NCBI GenBank assembly: GCA_028534125.1
Contig: CM052816.1
Span: forward strand, 31,498,001-31,562,000
DNA from: Lama glama
Taxonomy: Eukaryota
DNA length: 64,000 nucleotides
Direction: 5' to 3'
The notes under the pieces were generated by a model that worked only from the letters and a program-made list of their open reading frames with translations, searched no databases and was not told the DNA's origin. This document shows, piece by piece, positions 38,141 to 51,045 of the stretch (the first letter of the stretch is position 1; each line of letters starts with the position of its first letter). The translations under genes and the position numbers were made by a program.

Positions 38141-39376
38141 AGCTAGCGCCGCGTGCTCGCTGGCTCCCCAGGGCTGTGCGCGCCGCGAGGGCAGCCGGGT
38201 GTTCTCACTCCTGCCACCTGGCTCGCAGCTTCTGGGCTGTTCCGAATCTAAGACGATGGTTCCCCTTGCTGTTAACCCGCCTCCCTTCCACGTGAATCAT
38301 TGTGGTGGTGTTTCAGTTTGTGCTCACGTGTACTCATTTACCAGTTTCGTTCGTAGCACTGCTCATTACTTGCGCCCCATTTTGGGAAAAACTGTCTGCT
38401 TTGTAAAGTGCTTTAGATACTTTAAAGGTATGTATCAAAGGAACTCGAAAATTCTCCTTTGGGGGGGTAGGGGGAGGATGCTGTGTGTGTTAAATGATGT
38501 CTCACTCTGACGGCTTTTCCCTCAGCAGTTTGAAGATACTATTACATTATCTTTTGGCCTCTAATGTTGCTGAGTTTGTCATTCTTTGTTCCGTTGTGGG
38601 TAATCATTTTTCCTCTTACTTATGTTGAGATTTTTCTGTCTCCAGCATGTTGCAGTTTCCTTCTGATGTGACTCGGTTGGGATTGATTGATGTATCCTGC
38701 TTGTGACTCAGCGTGTTTCCTCAATCTGTGGGCTAATGTCTTTCTTTAGTTCTGGAAAATTATACCCCGTTATATTTTTGTTTATTGACTCTTGCTCTCT
38801 CTTTATTCTTTCCTTCTGGGACTCCTATCAGACATATTTTTCAGCTTACCTGACGTCTTATCTCCTACCTTTCCTCATACCTGCAGTCTCTCTGTACTAA
38901 ACCCTGTAATTTCCTTAAACCTGTCTTCTGCCCCCAATCTTATCATTTCTATCTTATCTGCTGACGCAACTATGAAGTTTTAAATTTTTGTATTTCTTAT
39001 TTTTCATATTTTTATTTGTAGAGGTTTTATTTTGTTCACGTTTTCCTGTTCCTTCTTCAATTCCTACCTATCTCACCTTTTTAAACATCCCTACTTTATC
39101 TCTTGTAGTTACACTGTTTCGAGTTCCCGGGCTGCTAATCCCCCTGTTTACAGGGCTGCTCTCTTCAGGGTGGATCCTTCCTTCTGGAGGTTGTGATTTT
39201 ATTTTTATAGCTATCACATGTGATATTTCTTCAAGTGGAAGACCTGTGTGTCCAGGGCTTCTGGAATATCCCCACAGAGCAACCAGGTTCTCAGGGGTCC
39301 CAGAATCAGTTTTTATTATCAAGTTTTCAACTTGAGCATCCTATATGAAGAGGTTGAAGTTAATTTGCATTCTATA

Positions 39377-39806
39377 TAGGCATACTTCTTTATATTATGC
39401 TTTTCTTAAATTGACATACAATCAGTTACAATGTGTCGATTTCTGGTGTACAGCAAAATGTCCCAGTCATGCATATACATACATACATATATTCATTTTC
39501 ATATTCTATATTGTGCTTTGATTCTTTGCATTTCATGGCTATTGTGTTTTTTACAAATTGAAGATTTATGGCAATGCTGTGTTATCCAATGAGGGCATCT
39601 GTTTAGCAATACAGTATTTTTAAATTAAGGTATGTACATTTTTTAGACATAAAATGCATTACACAATTAATAGACTACAGTATAGTGTAAACATAACTTT
39701 TATATGCACTAGAAACCAAGACATTCCTGTGACTCACTTTATTGCGATAGTCGCTTTCATTGTGGTGATCTGGCACGGAACCTGCAGTATCTCTGAGGTG
39801 TGCCTG
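39377..39806. mobile_element. Tigger1-derived MITE interrupted by a short L1 3' end (~39407-39510)
   Basis: Inverted ends taggcatac / gtgtgcctg with TA flanks; internal aatagactacagtatagtgtaaacataacttttatatgcact. Confidence 0.75.
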
Positions 39807-41639
39807 TACACAAAGTGCAGGCTTAACGTTCCAGCTTCTCATGAGAGCATGTTGTTTTTAACCTAGTCCACAGTGTTGGACAGACAATAAAGGCTCCTTG
39901 CTGCCTGACTGGACTAGAAGGCTGAAGTTTTCTTGGCCTCTACTCAAGGATAGTGTTCCTGGGTTCCTTACATTGTGTGTAGAATTCCATTCCAGCTTCC
40001 AGTCTAACTGGGACTCTAGGGGTTGCTTTCTGTGGGTGCCAGGCCTTCACTCTCTAGCTGTTACACATCCCAGCCCCATCAGTGTTGGCATTAGCTTATG
40101 TACTGTTGCTGTGGCTTTGAATTCCCCTCTTCATTTCTGAAATTTGAGGGATTTCCTTTCTTCCAATCTCAGCTATGTATTAAAAAAAATGAAGGTGGGG
40201 GAAAGGCATATTTATCCACCATTTCCATGTGTTTGGAATGAGAGAGCTGTCTGCACTAAGCTGGTCCACTAGCCTCGTTTCACAGTCTCTGGTTCTGTGC
40301 TAGGTCACAAGTACCAGCTTTATACAGGGATTTTCTGTTTTATAACTTAAAGTTGGATCAGGGTTATTCCTGTATTGATAATTCTCGCTAGAAATCAGTT
40401 ACACTTTATTCATGGACCAGAATCACAGAAACATAATTGTGACCTTAAGTATGCCCAGGGAATTCAGTTCTGAATGTGAACACTGTTTCTCCTCTGCCAC
40501 AATAGAAAACCACGTTGCTTAGAGCAACCTGTAGTGAGGCCAAGACTTGGGGCTGAGAACCTTTGAGTCACAGAGCGGTCTTCATTTTGTAGTCACAAAC
40601 TGTAGACCCAGCTAGAGTAAACCCTCCTGCAATGCTCAGGGCAAAAGGGACGATGAGAGTTTGTATAATGCATTTCTTCTACTTTACTAGAAAAATTCAC
40701 TCATGGGTTATTTTGGGGTACAAAGTACATCTTTTATTTTTATTCCTATTTATGTGTATGAGAAACATTTATTGTCTAATGGTCCTTTAAGAGAATGTCA
40801 TATGCTGCTAGCAGTGAACTAATATCTCAAGATATCTAAAAGAAGAAATGTGTATTTAATGTATCCTTTCATCATAAGCATTCCATTTAATATGTTGTAT
40901 ATTGTCTCTCAAGACACTCCATCTAATGTACACATATATAAATATAAATATATACAGAGAGAGAGAGACCCTTCCCAAGACACCATTCAATATACATAGT
41001 AAATAGTAATGCACTTTGTTGGATTGTGCCAACGGCATAACAGGTAGGATGGTTTGTGCAGTGTTCGTGTTCAAGTTGAGGAGTGGCTTATTTAATAGTA
41101 ATGGCAAGACTGTTTTTAGTCGTAGAAAATGCTGCCATTTGACTGTCAGGTGTCTAAGAACAGATTGGGTCCATCAAATGGGAACACACTTTAAATAATT
41201 GTGACCACATTTGTTTTGCTTTCTAGTCTCCTAGTTACCCACAGAACAGGACAGGACTGCAGGGAAGGTGTAGTAAGCTCCCCTGATCATCAAACAGCTG
41301 AAAGAACAATTTGGCTCTGGTGGTGAGATTCTTATCTGTTTAGCTAACAAATCAAAGCTCACTGGACCTTTTTTACTACATCAAATTCATTCAGCATGCC
41401 TTCTTTGTAACATACGATTACGTGTTAAAGGATTCAGTATTAATCATGGATGTGTTCAGTTTCCTTAGGTACTGAGTACTACCTTTTCAAGAAATGTCAA
41501 ATTACATATGATTTTAGTTATTCATTCAATTAGACTCAACAAATCAGGTCAATGGCAGTGAGGAGCAGAACCCAGAATTAAAAAGGGAACTAATAAATAA
41601 TTTATTGGAATGTAAAGATAACACTTAAGATAACACTTG

Positions 41640-41830
41640 ACACATAGGTCTCTATTACTAGCTATGTGACCTTGAGCTAGTTACTCAACTTTTCTAAGCT
41701 TCAGTCCCACAGTTAATGACAATTAATAGTGCCTACCTCATAAGGTTTTTCTGAGGAGGAAATAAAGCATTTACAGTGCTTCATAGAACACCTGGCACAT
41801 AATTTCTTAATACACGTAGTAGCTATTAAT
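41640..41830 (+). mobile_element. MIR SINE
   Basis: tactagctatgtgaccttgagctagttactcaac...cctacctcataaggtt core. Confidence 0.65.
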
Positions 41831-43477
41831 ATTAATTGGTGGAAAATTAGATAGTAAAATAAGATAAATGCTGGGTTTATTTGGATTTTAATCTTTAAAC
41901 AAACTTTATAGGTACAATGAGCTTATTTGATACTTGATCAAAGATGTAAATTTTTTATTTTCTGAAATCTAGGATATAAAACAAGAGTGCAGCTGGTATT
42001 CAAAACTTGTAATATTTGTACTTTCTTGAAAGATGAACTTGGAAGGGGGGAGGAGAGAGCTTAGAATTAGGAAAGCTTCATTCTTAATTTTGAATGATGA
42101 AGCATAAGGCTGTGAGACCTAGTACATTACAGTTCTGGAATATCTTGAAAAACAGGCCCTGCAGTAGCAAGCCCTGGAATGAGAAACGTGCTCAACTTTC
42201 AAAAGCTTTACTTTGAAGGGGCTCAATTGTATTGTCTTTCAAAGGTGGAGAACGGCTGTCTAATTCTGAGCCTAAGAGAAAATTGGCCACATTTTCTGTG
42301 TTATGAGCAGATCCCTAATGCCCAAAGGGAATTATGTTCTGTCTTTTATTGCCTGTGGGAGGGGTGTTGCTAAGAAACAGAATTCCTGATACATTCTGAG
42401 GACGGCAGCCTGTCATTTTAGTGATGCACTGAGAACAAAACGCACTGAAGGCAATGTATTTTCAAAATCGAAACTGCTTACTATCCAAAGAAGACTGCAT
42501 CTCTGGCTGATTAGACGTAACTCGTCTGATTATGTGAGGCTCAGAAAACAAACCCTAAAAGCATACATACTGATGCTTTAAAAGCATACATGGCCTGCCA
42601 AGTCATTCTTTCATGTGTCTGAAAGACCGGAGGAAAAGCGCTGCCATGTTCGAAGGCTGGAGGAGGACATCCACACGGACACTGGGCTGGGCTCTGTCAC
42701 CCACACCTGGTGACGCTCCATGACGACCTGTCAAGTGGGGGGCGTTCTTCCCACTTCACAGATAAGGGAGTAGGTTCATCTGAAACCTGACTAGTCACCA
42801 GGCCATTAAGTGTCAACGCTCATCACTTCAAACCTGTGTTTTCTCACTCCAAGTGCAGAGTTCCTGCTACTACACTTAACCATTTATCGGCTTCCATTAT
42901 TAGAGACCAAAGTAGGATCAGAGTTAGACCACGACCGCAGAGGAGATGGGGCAGATTCTGTGGTGTCCAGACGCAGGCCTCGGCATTCTAAAAGGCGTGG
43001 ATGTCTGGTTCCCTGTGGCTGCTAAGGAAAGGTGCTTCCTTGTCATGTCTCATCCCCTGAGCTACTATACCCTCAAGTGAATATGAGTTCTTGCCGAAGG
43101 TCCTTAAAGTACAGAGATCAGGGAATTACTGAGTCTTACAGTGACAATGCGATCTGGTCCAGTAGGAGGCTGTCTGAAATGGCTGTATAATCTTAGCTGA
43201 AACATAGTCACATTGTATCTTTTTAATATGAAATCCTGGTTTTAATAAAATCTGTGCTTGACTGTTTAGCAAAAGAATGCTAGAAGAGACTGGTTCTCTT
43301 TAAGAATGTAGTTATAGCTAAGGCTTCAAAGGATAATGGTGTTAAGAGTCTGTGTAGTTAGGAATGGCTTTATACGGTGATACCTCGGTTCCCATGACTT
43401 TCTCAGGTAGATACTTGATGTGATACAGATATTCATTCAACGTAATATTGCCCTTATCTGTATAAATTTTCTTTGTA

Positions 43478-43996
43478 CAGAGCTTCCTCCACTTACAGTG
43501 GGGTTGAACCCCAATAAACCCCATCATAAATTGAAAATACCATAAAGTTGAAAATGCATTTAATACACCTAATCTGCTGAAAGTCACAACTTAGCCTCGC
43601 CTGCCTTAAATGTGCTCAGAACACTAACATTAACCTATAGTTAGTTGTGCAAAATCATCAACACAAAGCTTATTTTATAATCAAGTGTTGACTGTCTCAT
43701 GTAATTTGTAGAATACTGTGCTGAAAGTGAGGAACAGAATGGCTCCTTGTATGGGTTCAGAATGGTTCTAAGGGTCTGGGTTGCCTCTTAGGCCCGTGTC
43801 TCTGATGGGGAGCTGAGTCTCTGACGGGGAGCTGTGGCTCACTGCCACTGCCCAGCATCAGCAGAGAGTATGCTCCTGAATTTTGCCAGCCTGGGATAAG
43901 ATCAAAATTCAAAATTTGAAGTATGAGTTCTACTGAATGTGTGTCGCTTTCACACCAGCATAAAGTAAAAAAGCCTCCTAAGTCAGGGGCCATCTA
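43478..43996. mobile_element. Tigger5/MER47-family MITE
   Basis: gaaaatgcatttaatacacctaa...aaaattcaaaatttgaagta; degenerate inverted termini. Confidence 0.7.
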
Positions 43997-45194
43997 CAGA
44001 TGCTTTAAAGCAACAACTACATGTTTTATGCAATTTTTGAAGGTACATGTTAAGTTTTTGTTGCTTTTTCTGTCTTCAAAAGTGTTTACAATTCATGAAA
44101 ATGCTGCTCTTTCCCTGGTGGCTTGCTGTTAAGATAAACGGTGGAGGTCCAGATTGAAAACAAGGCACAGACCAGGCCAGGACCATTAGGCTCGCAAAGT
44201 CTGTGACTTGACAGGGGCTGGAGCAGGGCCTGGCCTGGCACGTAACTCGTGGAAAATGAGGAGGGTGCAACTGGGAAGATAGGAGAAGGAGAGGGTACTT
44301 TGCTTTCTTCTTTTCTCTACTATTTTTTAGCTCCTTCCACAGGGTGTTTCCCAGTAAGTCTCTTGCTTCCATGTTGCTTCGTTGGTTGAGATGAAAAGCC
44401 TACCATTTAAGCAAGATATTCCCAGAGATACAGAAAGATAATAAAGCCACTGAAGAGAAAGGCAACTTAATTTGTAAGTGACATGAACAGCAGAAGTAGG
44501 AAGATCATTAACTTATGTAACCCAGTTCTTGTAGAAGAGGTATTGGGGGTTGGGGAGGGCAACATGCGCTTCAGTTTGCCACAGGGAAGGTGCCAGTAAA
44601 GAGTGCAATGTTCCGGGAAGGCAAAATGCCGCCACAGAGACGGCATTTCTTCTAGCACTGAGTCGTGATTGGAGGAAGGTCTTCTAGAGATAAATAAGTC
44701 AACTTGCTTGCTTTCCAGCCCATCACTTTAAACAGAGTTTGTTGTTACCGTAAACTTAGAGACAGATCCCTACTCCTCGGGCCTTGTGTTTCATGAAGGG
44801 TCTTCCACTAGCAAGGCCTTCTCTCCATCCTTTACTCCCAGGGAGAAGTAGTATCTGATCATAGAGTTTGGTGACTCAGCCTCAGTCAGGTGTCTCTCCC
44901 TGGGGAGCCTGCCCTTAAGGCAGTGCATGGTCCTTCCACCCCCACCCCTGTGCAGTCAGCACACCAGGGTTAACCCAGAACCTACCTTCTGCATGCACTT
45001 CTGGGGACCTTTGTCTCTTTGTCCTTGCTGTCAGAGTTTGATAGGTGAGGAGGCAGAAATTTTCTGCGGTGCTGACTGGGTATATTTTGGGTAGTCTAAC
45101 GGCCCAGTTTCTTCTGCAGGTGGGTCCTAAGATCCAGACCCAGATCCAGGAAGCAAGTGGTACAAATTCCGCCCAGAGGTCAACCTGATTCAAG

Positions 45195-46138
45195 CCAAGT
45201 ACAAGTGCTGTGAAGAAATCAAAGCAGAGTGAGGGAGCTGAAGGTGGGGGAGTAAAGGAGATAGACAGGGGAGTTAGGGAAGCCCCCTCTGAGGAGGTGA
45301 TGTTGAAGCTGATACGTGAATGCTGGGAAGGAGAAAGCCATCGTGCAGATTTGGGGACGGAGTTTTTCAGGCAGAGGATATAGCAAATGTAAAGGCCTGG
45401 ATGGGACATTAGCTTGGATGTTTCTGGAAGAGCAGAAAGGCCAGTGTGGGAGAGCGGCAGGACATGAGGCCAGACAGAGAGGCTTAGGAACGTGCAGTGT
45501 CTTTGAGGCCCTGACAAGGAGTTCGGATTTTATTCTGAGCAAAATGGAAACCACGGGAGGGTACTGAGTAATGAAGTGATGTGGTCAGGTTGACGTTCTG
45601 AAAATGCCACTCACAGCTCTAGGGAGAAGAGAAGGAGGGGAGCAAGCGCGGAGGCAGAGAAGGTGAAGATGATGAGACATGGACAGATTTGGGATATATT
45701 TGGGGTATAACTGATATGTCTTACCAAAGATTTGGATGTTGGATATGCATGAAATAAGGAATCAAGGATGCCTTTTAAGTACTGAGCCTGGGCAACTGGG
45801 TGAATGGTGGTGCCATTACTTAAGATGGGTGAGTGGAGGGAGGGAGTGGGAGTTTTTGGGGAGAGTCCTGGCTGGGATATGTTAAATTTGCGATCTTATT
45901 GGACATCCAAGAAGAAACGTGAAGTGTAGTCCAGTCTGCAACTCTGGGCAGAGGGTGGGGCTGGTATATAAAGCCATCAATGTAGAGATGATGATATTCG
46001 AAGTCATGGGACCAGCTGATCTCACCTGCAGGGAGATGTCTGCAGAAAAGATTATTGAGGATTGAATATTGGAATGCTTCCAGCATTTAGAGATTGGAAA
46101 ATAGAGGCTGAGTTAGCAAAACAGACTGAGAAAACAAC
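45195..46138 (-). mobile_element. L2 fragment
   Basis: ctctgaggaggtgatgttgaagctga...caggcagagg..agcaaatgtaaaggcctg...tggtgccattact are L2 antisense phrases. Confidence 0.7.
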
Positions 46139-46565
46139 TGTATTAGTGAGAGTTCGGCAGAGAAACAGAACCAATAGGATGTGACCATATAGAGAAAGAT
46201 TTACAAGGAATTGGCTCATTAACAATTGTGGAGGTTGGCAAGTCCAAATCTGCAGTATGGGCTAGCTGGTTCAAGACCTGGGAGAGCCAATGATGTCCAA
46301 AGGCAGTCTCCTGGAGAGTTCTCTTTCACCTGGGGGAGGGTCAGGCTTTTTGTTCGATTCAGGCCTTCAGCTGGTTGGAAGAGGCCCACCCACATTATGG
46401 AGATCAGTCAGCTTTACTCTGTTGATTAAAATAGTAATCAAGTCTAATGTTGTCTATTGATTTAAATGTTAATCTTATCCAAAAACACCCCCCTAGAAAT
46501 ATCCAGACCAAAGTTCTGGGCATCCTGTGGCCTAGACAAGTTGCCACATGAAACTAACCATCACA
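46139..46565 (-). mobile_element. ERVL (MLT2-type) solo LTR
   Basis: TGTATTAG...cagagaaacagaaccaatagga...aaggaattggctca...aactaaccatcaCA. Confidence 0.8.
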
Positions 46566-47855
46566 GTATCAGTCAGGTGGGAAAGTTAGCTTTGTGGCTC
46601 TCAACACTTAATGCTTTCTTGCGCATATGCATGTGAGCTGAACAGAAGTGGTAAAGAAAAATGACACATTTGATCCACTTTTCAGCTAGAATCATAGGAC
46701 CCTGGAAGGGACTTAAGAGGATGGCTAGGCCAACTTTCTATCCAATATGGATTTCTCAGTCTCTGCTTAAACATTTCCAGTACTCAAGTGCTCACTACTT
46801 TCTAAGATAAAAAATTCAGTTAATGTGACTCTCTACTTATTAAAAAAAAAAGTTATTATATTAAGCAAAAATCTTCCTCACAATGCCTGAACAGCTCCAA
46901 GCTTCCCTAGCGTGTAGAATGGAAAACTCTGGCACCCCCGCTGCCAAAGGCTGTGTCACTTGTGGAGATCTGTAGAGTTTGGAGAGAGCTTTATCAGTCC
47001 TGGAACACAGGCATTTTCTCCCCAGGGCACAGACACACCACCCAGGTAGTTGGGTCAGGATGGATTCAAGGATGGTTTATCTGAAACCACTTAGCAGACA
47101 CTCAAGCCTTGCCGTTAATCTGCCAGGCTGCTTCCAAATGGTGAGCTTGCTCCCAGAGGCCTCTCTGACCCTGCACGCTGGCTTCTATCAGAGTCTGAAG
47201 GCTGTCAGTCCTGTCTGTATAGTTCTGAACCCAACCTAGGACATGCTTCTTTTTTTTCTCTCAGCCTACTTTTAGGTCAGTAGATGTAAACAGATATAAA
47301 GAAAGAGGGGTGTGGTCCAACTCCAAATACCTATGCAAATATTAGCTCCATTCTGGCCAGAGACCCTTTAGCTGGGAGGACCACACACTGGTTCCGGTTT
47401 ATCCCCTAATGACACATTCCCTCTTTGTAGCCAGTAAACTCAGCTTTGCCCTAAAACTAATTCCATTTTTATGCACATGTGATTAAGTTGCAACCTAGAC
47501 ACTGATGAACAAGACTATTTCCTTGTAAATGAGTCCTCTGAATGAACCACATTCCTTGGCTGCCACATAGCCCATGTTTCCAATGTTGGTGGAGAAACAA
47601 GTCTCAGAACACTGTGGACACCACTCCGCTAAGAATCTTGGATTGGAAAATTGACCGCAAGCCGAGGAGAAAATAGTCTGGTAATTCAAAGAGAGAGGAT
47701 TAGTACAGGGTTTGTTTCAACCTCTTTAAAGTCTTGTTTTCTACTCTAATAAATGAAAATATTTAGTAGGAAAAAGTCGTTCTGGAGGGGACGGGCTCTG
47801 ACATTCACAGTACTCCTCTCTTTTTAGCCTGCTATTTGCAAACACTAGGACAGAA

Positions 47856-48132
47856 TGCTGAGACTGAGTGTTTGTGTTCCCCTAGATTCATACATTGAAA
47901 CCCAATCCCCAGTATGATGGTGTTAGGAGGTGGGGCCTTTGCAGGGCAGAGACACAATGAGAAGATGGCGATCAGTCTTGGTAAGAGGAAGTGGGTCTTT
48001 ACTAGACACTGAATCTACCAGTGACTTGCTCTTGGACTTCTAGCTTCCAAAACTGTGAGAAGTGCATTCCTGCTGTTTGTAAGCACTCGGCCCATAATTT
48101 TTTTGTTATAGCAGCCCAAAGAGACCAAGACA
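47856..48132 (+). mobile_element. MaLR (MLT1A-like) LTR, internally deleted
   Basis: ttgaaacccaatcccc...ggaggtggggcctttg...ttggacttctagcttcc...ttgttatagcagccc. Confidence 0.7.
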
Positions 48133-48747
48133 TATAACATCTTTTGTCCTGATTTTTTTCATTAGAAAAGTCAGTGACCATGATTTTTTTTTTGCCATGT
48201 TTTTAATCCTACAGAGGACTTGTTATGCAAATATGCACAAATGATATTTTTGATCACTGAGTTCTGTTCAGAAATTGAGGACACCACTGAACTGAGGTCC
48301 TGGCAGACAAGAACCATGCTGGGTGTGAGTCTTTGTTTTCTTTCCTACAATACAGTATTCATCATTCAAATGCTCCCCAAGCTTCCATCCCCTCACATGA
48401 TGACAAACTTCTGGGAGGCAAGAATTACACATGCACATTAGCATTCACAGTTCTTTCTTCCAAAATAAACAGTTCCTCTTAACATAAATATTTCTAAGAA
48501 CACTTAGGCCTTTTGTAGCATTTGTAATGACTCCATTTGTTGTTAAATTTTGTTCATTCAATTATGAACTTCTTGAGAAAAGGATGATCTCTCTAACAAC
48601 TCTTTAGGCTCACAGGTCTTAAACACCATCCTGTACTTAGTGAACTATAAATATTTAATGAAGGGTAAAAATAATAAATTCATTATATCGAGATTCCTTT
48701 CTACTTTCTCCTTTTGGAAGTAAACTGCTCTTGTTTTAAAAAGGATT

Positions 48748-48748
48748 T

Positions 48749-48790
<42 letters not shown>
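48748..48790. repeat. (TA)n microsatellite
   Basis: About 20 TA units directly abutting the MER2-like element. Confidence 0.9.
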
Positions 48791-48793
<3 letters not shown>

Positions 48794-49108
48794 GGCCTTC
48801 CATATCTTCCAGGTTCACATCCACAAATTCAACCCACTACAAATAGAAAGTATTCAGAAAAAAATTTCCAGAAAGTTTCTAAAAGCAAAACTTGAACTTG
48901 CTGTGCACTGACAACCATTTACATAGCATTTACATTGTATTGGGGATTATAAGTAATCTAGAGATGATTTAAAGTATACAGGAGGATGGGCATAGGTTAT
49001 ATGCAAATACTATGCCATTTTACATAGTAGAAGGGACTTGAGCATCTGTGGATTTTGGTACCCACAGGGGTCCTGGAACCAATTCCCCAAGATACTGATG
49101 GACAGTTG
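48789..49108. mobile_element. Tigger-family MITE (MER2-like)
   Basis: agcatttacattgtatt...aagtaatctagagatgatttaaagtatac...gggacttgagcatc...gtcctggaaccaat; TA flanks. Confidence 0.8.
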
Positions 49109-50447
49109 TATATATTTTTGAAATTTTAAAAAGGACAACTGTGTTACAATTCCACTATCCAGACATAACAATTACCGAAATTTTGTTATGTTTACTTTGG
49201 TCTCTGATTAGTGGAACTATCACATCAAACAACTTTCATTATGAATCAAACTTTCCTTGTATAATTGTGTTGTTTCCAGCTCTTATCTCACAGTAATGAT
49301 CTATTAATAGATAAAAATAAGCTAATGTGACTTCTTTTGTTTAAAGAGAATCCTCTGTATTTAGAGGCAAGTTGCTTCATTAACAGGGCTGTTTAGATCT
49401 GAAAGTTGTGTGCAATGCTTAAAAGAAGCAACTGTCATCCCACACTACTAATCTTTAAGGTTTTAAGATATGTCAGCAAGTGCAAAAAATGACTGAAGTG
49501 ATTATTCAAATTTTAAGACTTAAAAAATTTTTTTTTGGTATGTTAATTTGTTTCTTATCTTTACCTTAGTGATCAGGCAAAGCTGTTTTGAGATTTGAGT
49601 TATCTGGGTAATTATCCCAATTCTTCAGTGTTCTATATGTGGCTTTGACTAACAAGTTGAAATATTCCCATAGTGTCAACCCTCTAAGCAAACTTTCAAG
49701 ATGCTACTTCTCTTCTAAAAAATGTAGTTATGCCACAGATCCTCAGGCTGAGGCTCCCTTGTCCTCTGGAACAGTCTGAAGTGGAGTGGAGATAAAAGTA
49801 AAGAGCTCTGGACCTCAGGATTCTCATGGAAGATGCCATCAACTAGGGTACTTAGCTCTCATTCCAACCCCTTTCTCTCTTGGCTTCCTGTTCAAAGGGT
49901 CTGGAGAGTGCAACATTCGTTTCTCCACTTCCCTTGCCCTGAGGGCTCTGCATGTGACCTCACTTCAGCTAAGCCCATGATCCGTGTGTGACAAGGGGTA
50001 CGTGCACACAGCAAGGCAGTGACCAGGCCTGGGAGTGGAACGGGACACAGGTCTTTTGAAAGGCATGATGCTAGAGGCACGTGTTCTTTGGGGGCAGCCA
50101 AGGCAGAGTTTCTGGCGTTCAGCCCCTGCTGCTGCAGGTGCAGTGCAACAGACAGTAGGGGTGTCCGTGTTCTGCCAACACAGCCACGTGATGGAGTGGC
50201 TTTCTTCTAGTGCTTAGTTCTCTGGTCCTCCCAGATTCCATAAACTTCTAAGATCTTTTCAGTAATCCCTTTCACATACTCTAAATAGAACCAGGCTGTG
50301 GAAGGAGATCTCCAGGCTAGTGCTATAGTAGTTCTCTTCTGTTTGAATTTCTTGGATAGAAAAAATTTCCAAAAAATATTCTGGAATTCCATTAGAGTTG
50401 CCGACTTTTGTTTTTCAAAAAAAAGGTTATTAACAATACAAAATCAA

Positions 50448-50620
50448 GGGCAGGGGAGAGTATAGCTCAAGTGGTAGAGCGCATGCTTAGCATGTATGAG
50501 GTCCTGGGTTCAATCTCCAGTACCTCCTCTAAAAATAAGTAAACCTAATTACCTCCCCACCCCTGGCCAAAATAAAAATAAATAGTACAATAATAAATAA
50601 ATAAAAATATTTTTAAAAAT
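50448..50620 (+). mobile_element. tRNA-Ala-derived SINE (Vic-1-like) with TSD
   Basis: gtatagctcaagtggtagagcgcatgcttagcatgtatgaggtcctgggttcaatc; TSD AATACA(A/G)AATCAA at 50435-50447 and 50621-50633. Confidence 0.9.
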
Positions 50621-50842
50621 AATACAGAATCAATTGACCATCACCATAATTTACTTGAAGAAATATTTTTGAAGACCAAGAAAGTAGGAAGGACATATAC
50701 TCAGAAAAAGGACAATTTTTAAGCTGAAAAAATACTTAGCTTTATGAAAAACCTCACAGTAATATCTTTTTATTTTCCTTTTATTGCCCTTGGTAAAATG
50801 TATTCTTAGAAAGTCACTGGGTGGGAAACCAATGGTCTAGAA

Positions 50843-51045
50843 GGAGTCAGCCAACTTCAACCCACTGCTGACTGTTTCTGTACACATGCTTTCTTGGAAC
50901 ACAGCCAGGCTCATTCATGTGCGGAGTGTCTAGGGCTGCTTTCCTGCTGTAGCAGCAGACTTGAGTAGTCATGGCAGTGACCACTCGGCCCACAAAGTCT
51001 GAAACATTAACCACCTGGTCCTTTAACAAAAATCTACCAACTCTG
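50843..51045. mobile_element. hAT-Charlie MITE (MER58A-like)
   Basis: ttggaacacagcca...gcagcagacttgagtagt...ggcccacaaagtctgaaa...ggtcctttaaca. Confidence 0.65.

Noticed and set aside
44915..45517. 200-aa minus-strand ORF
   Set aside because: Largely overlaps a decayed L2 fragment; no domain or exon structure evident.
50453..50528. tRNA-Ala genes (also at ~12.9, 13.1, 30.1 and 53.2 kb)
   Set aside because: Acceptor stems are imperfect, and the copies carry SINE tails and in two cases clear TSDs; they are SINE heads.
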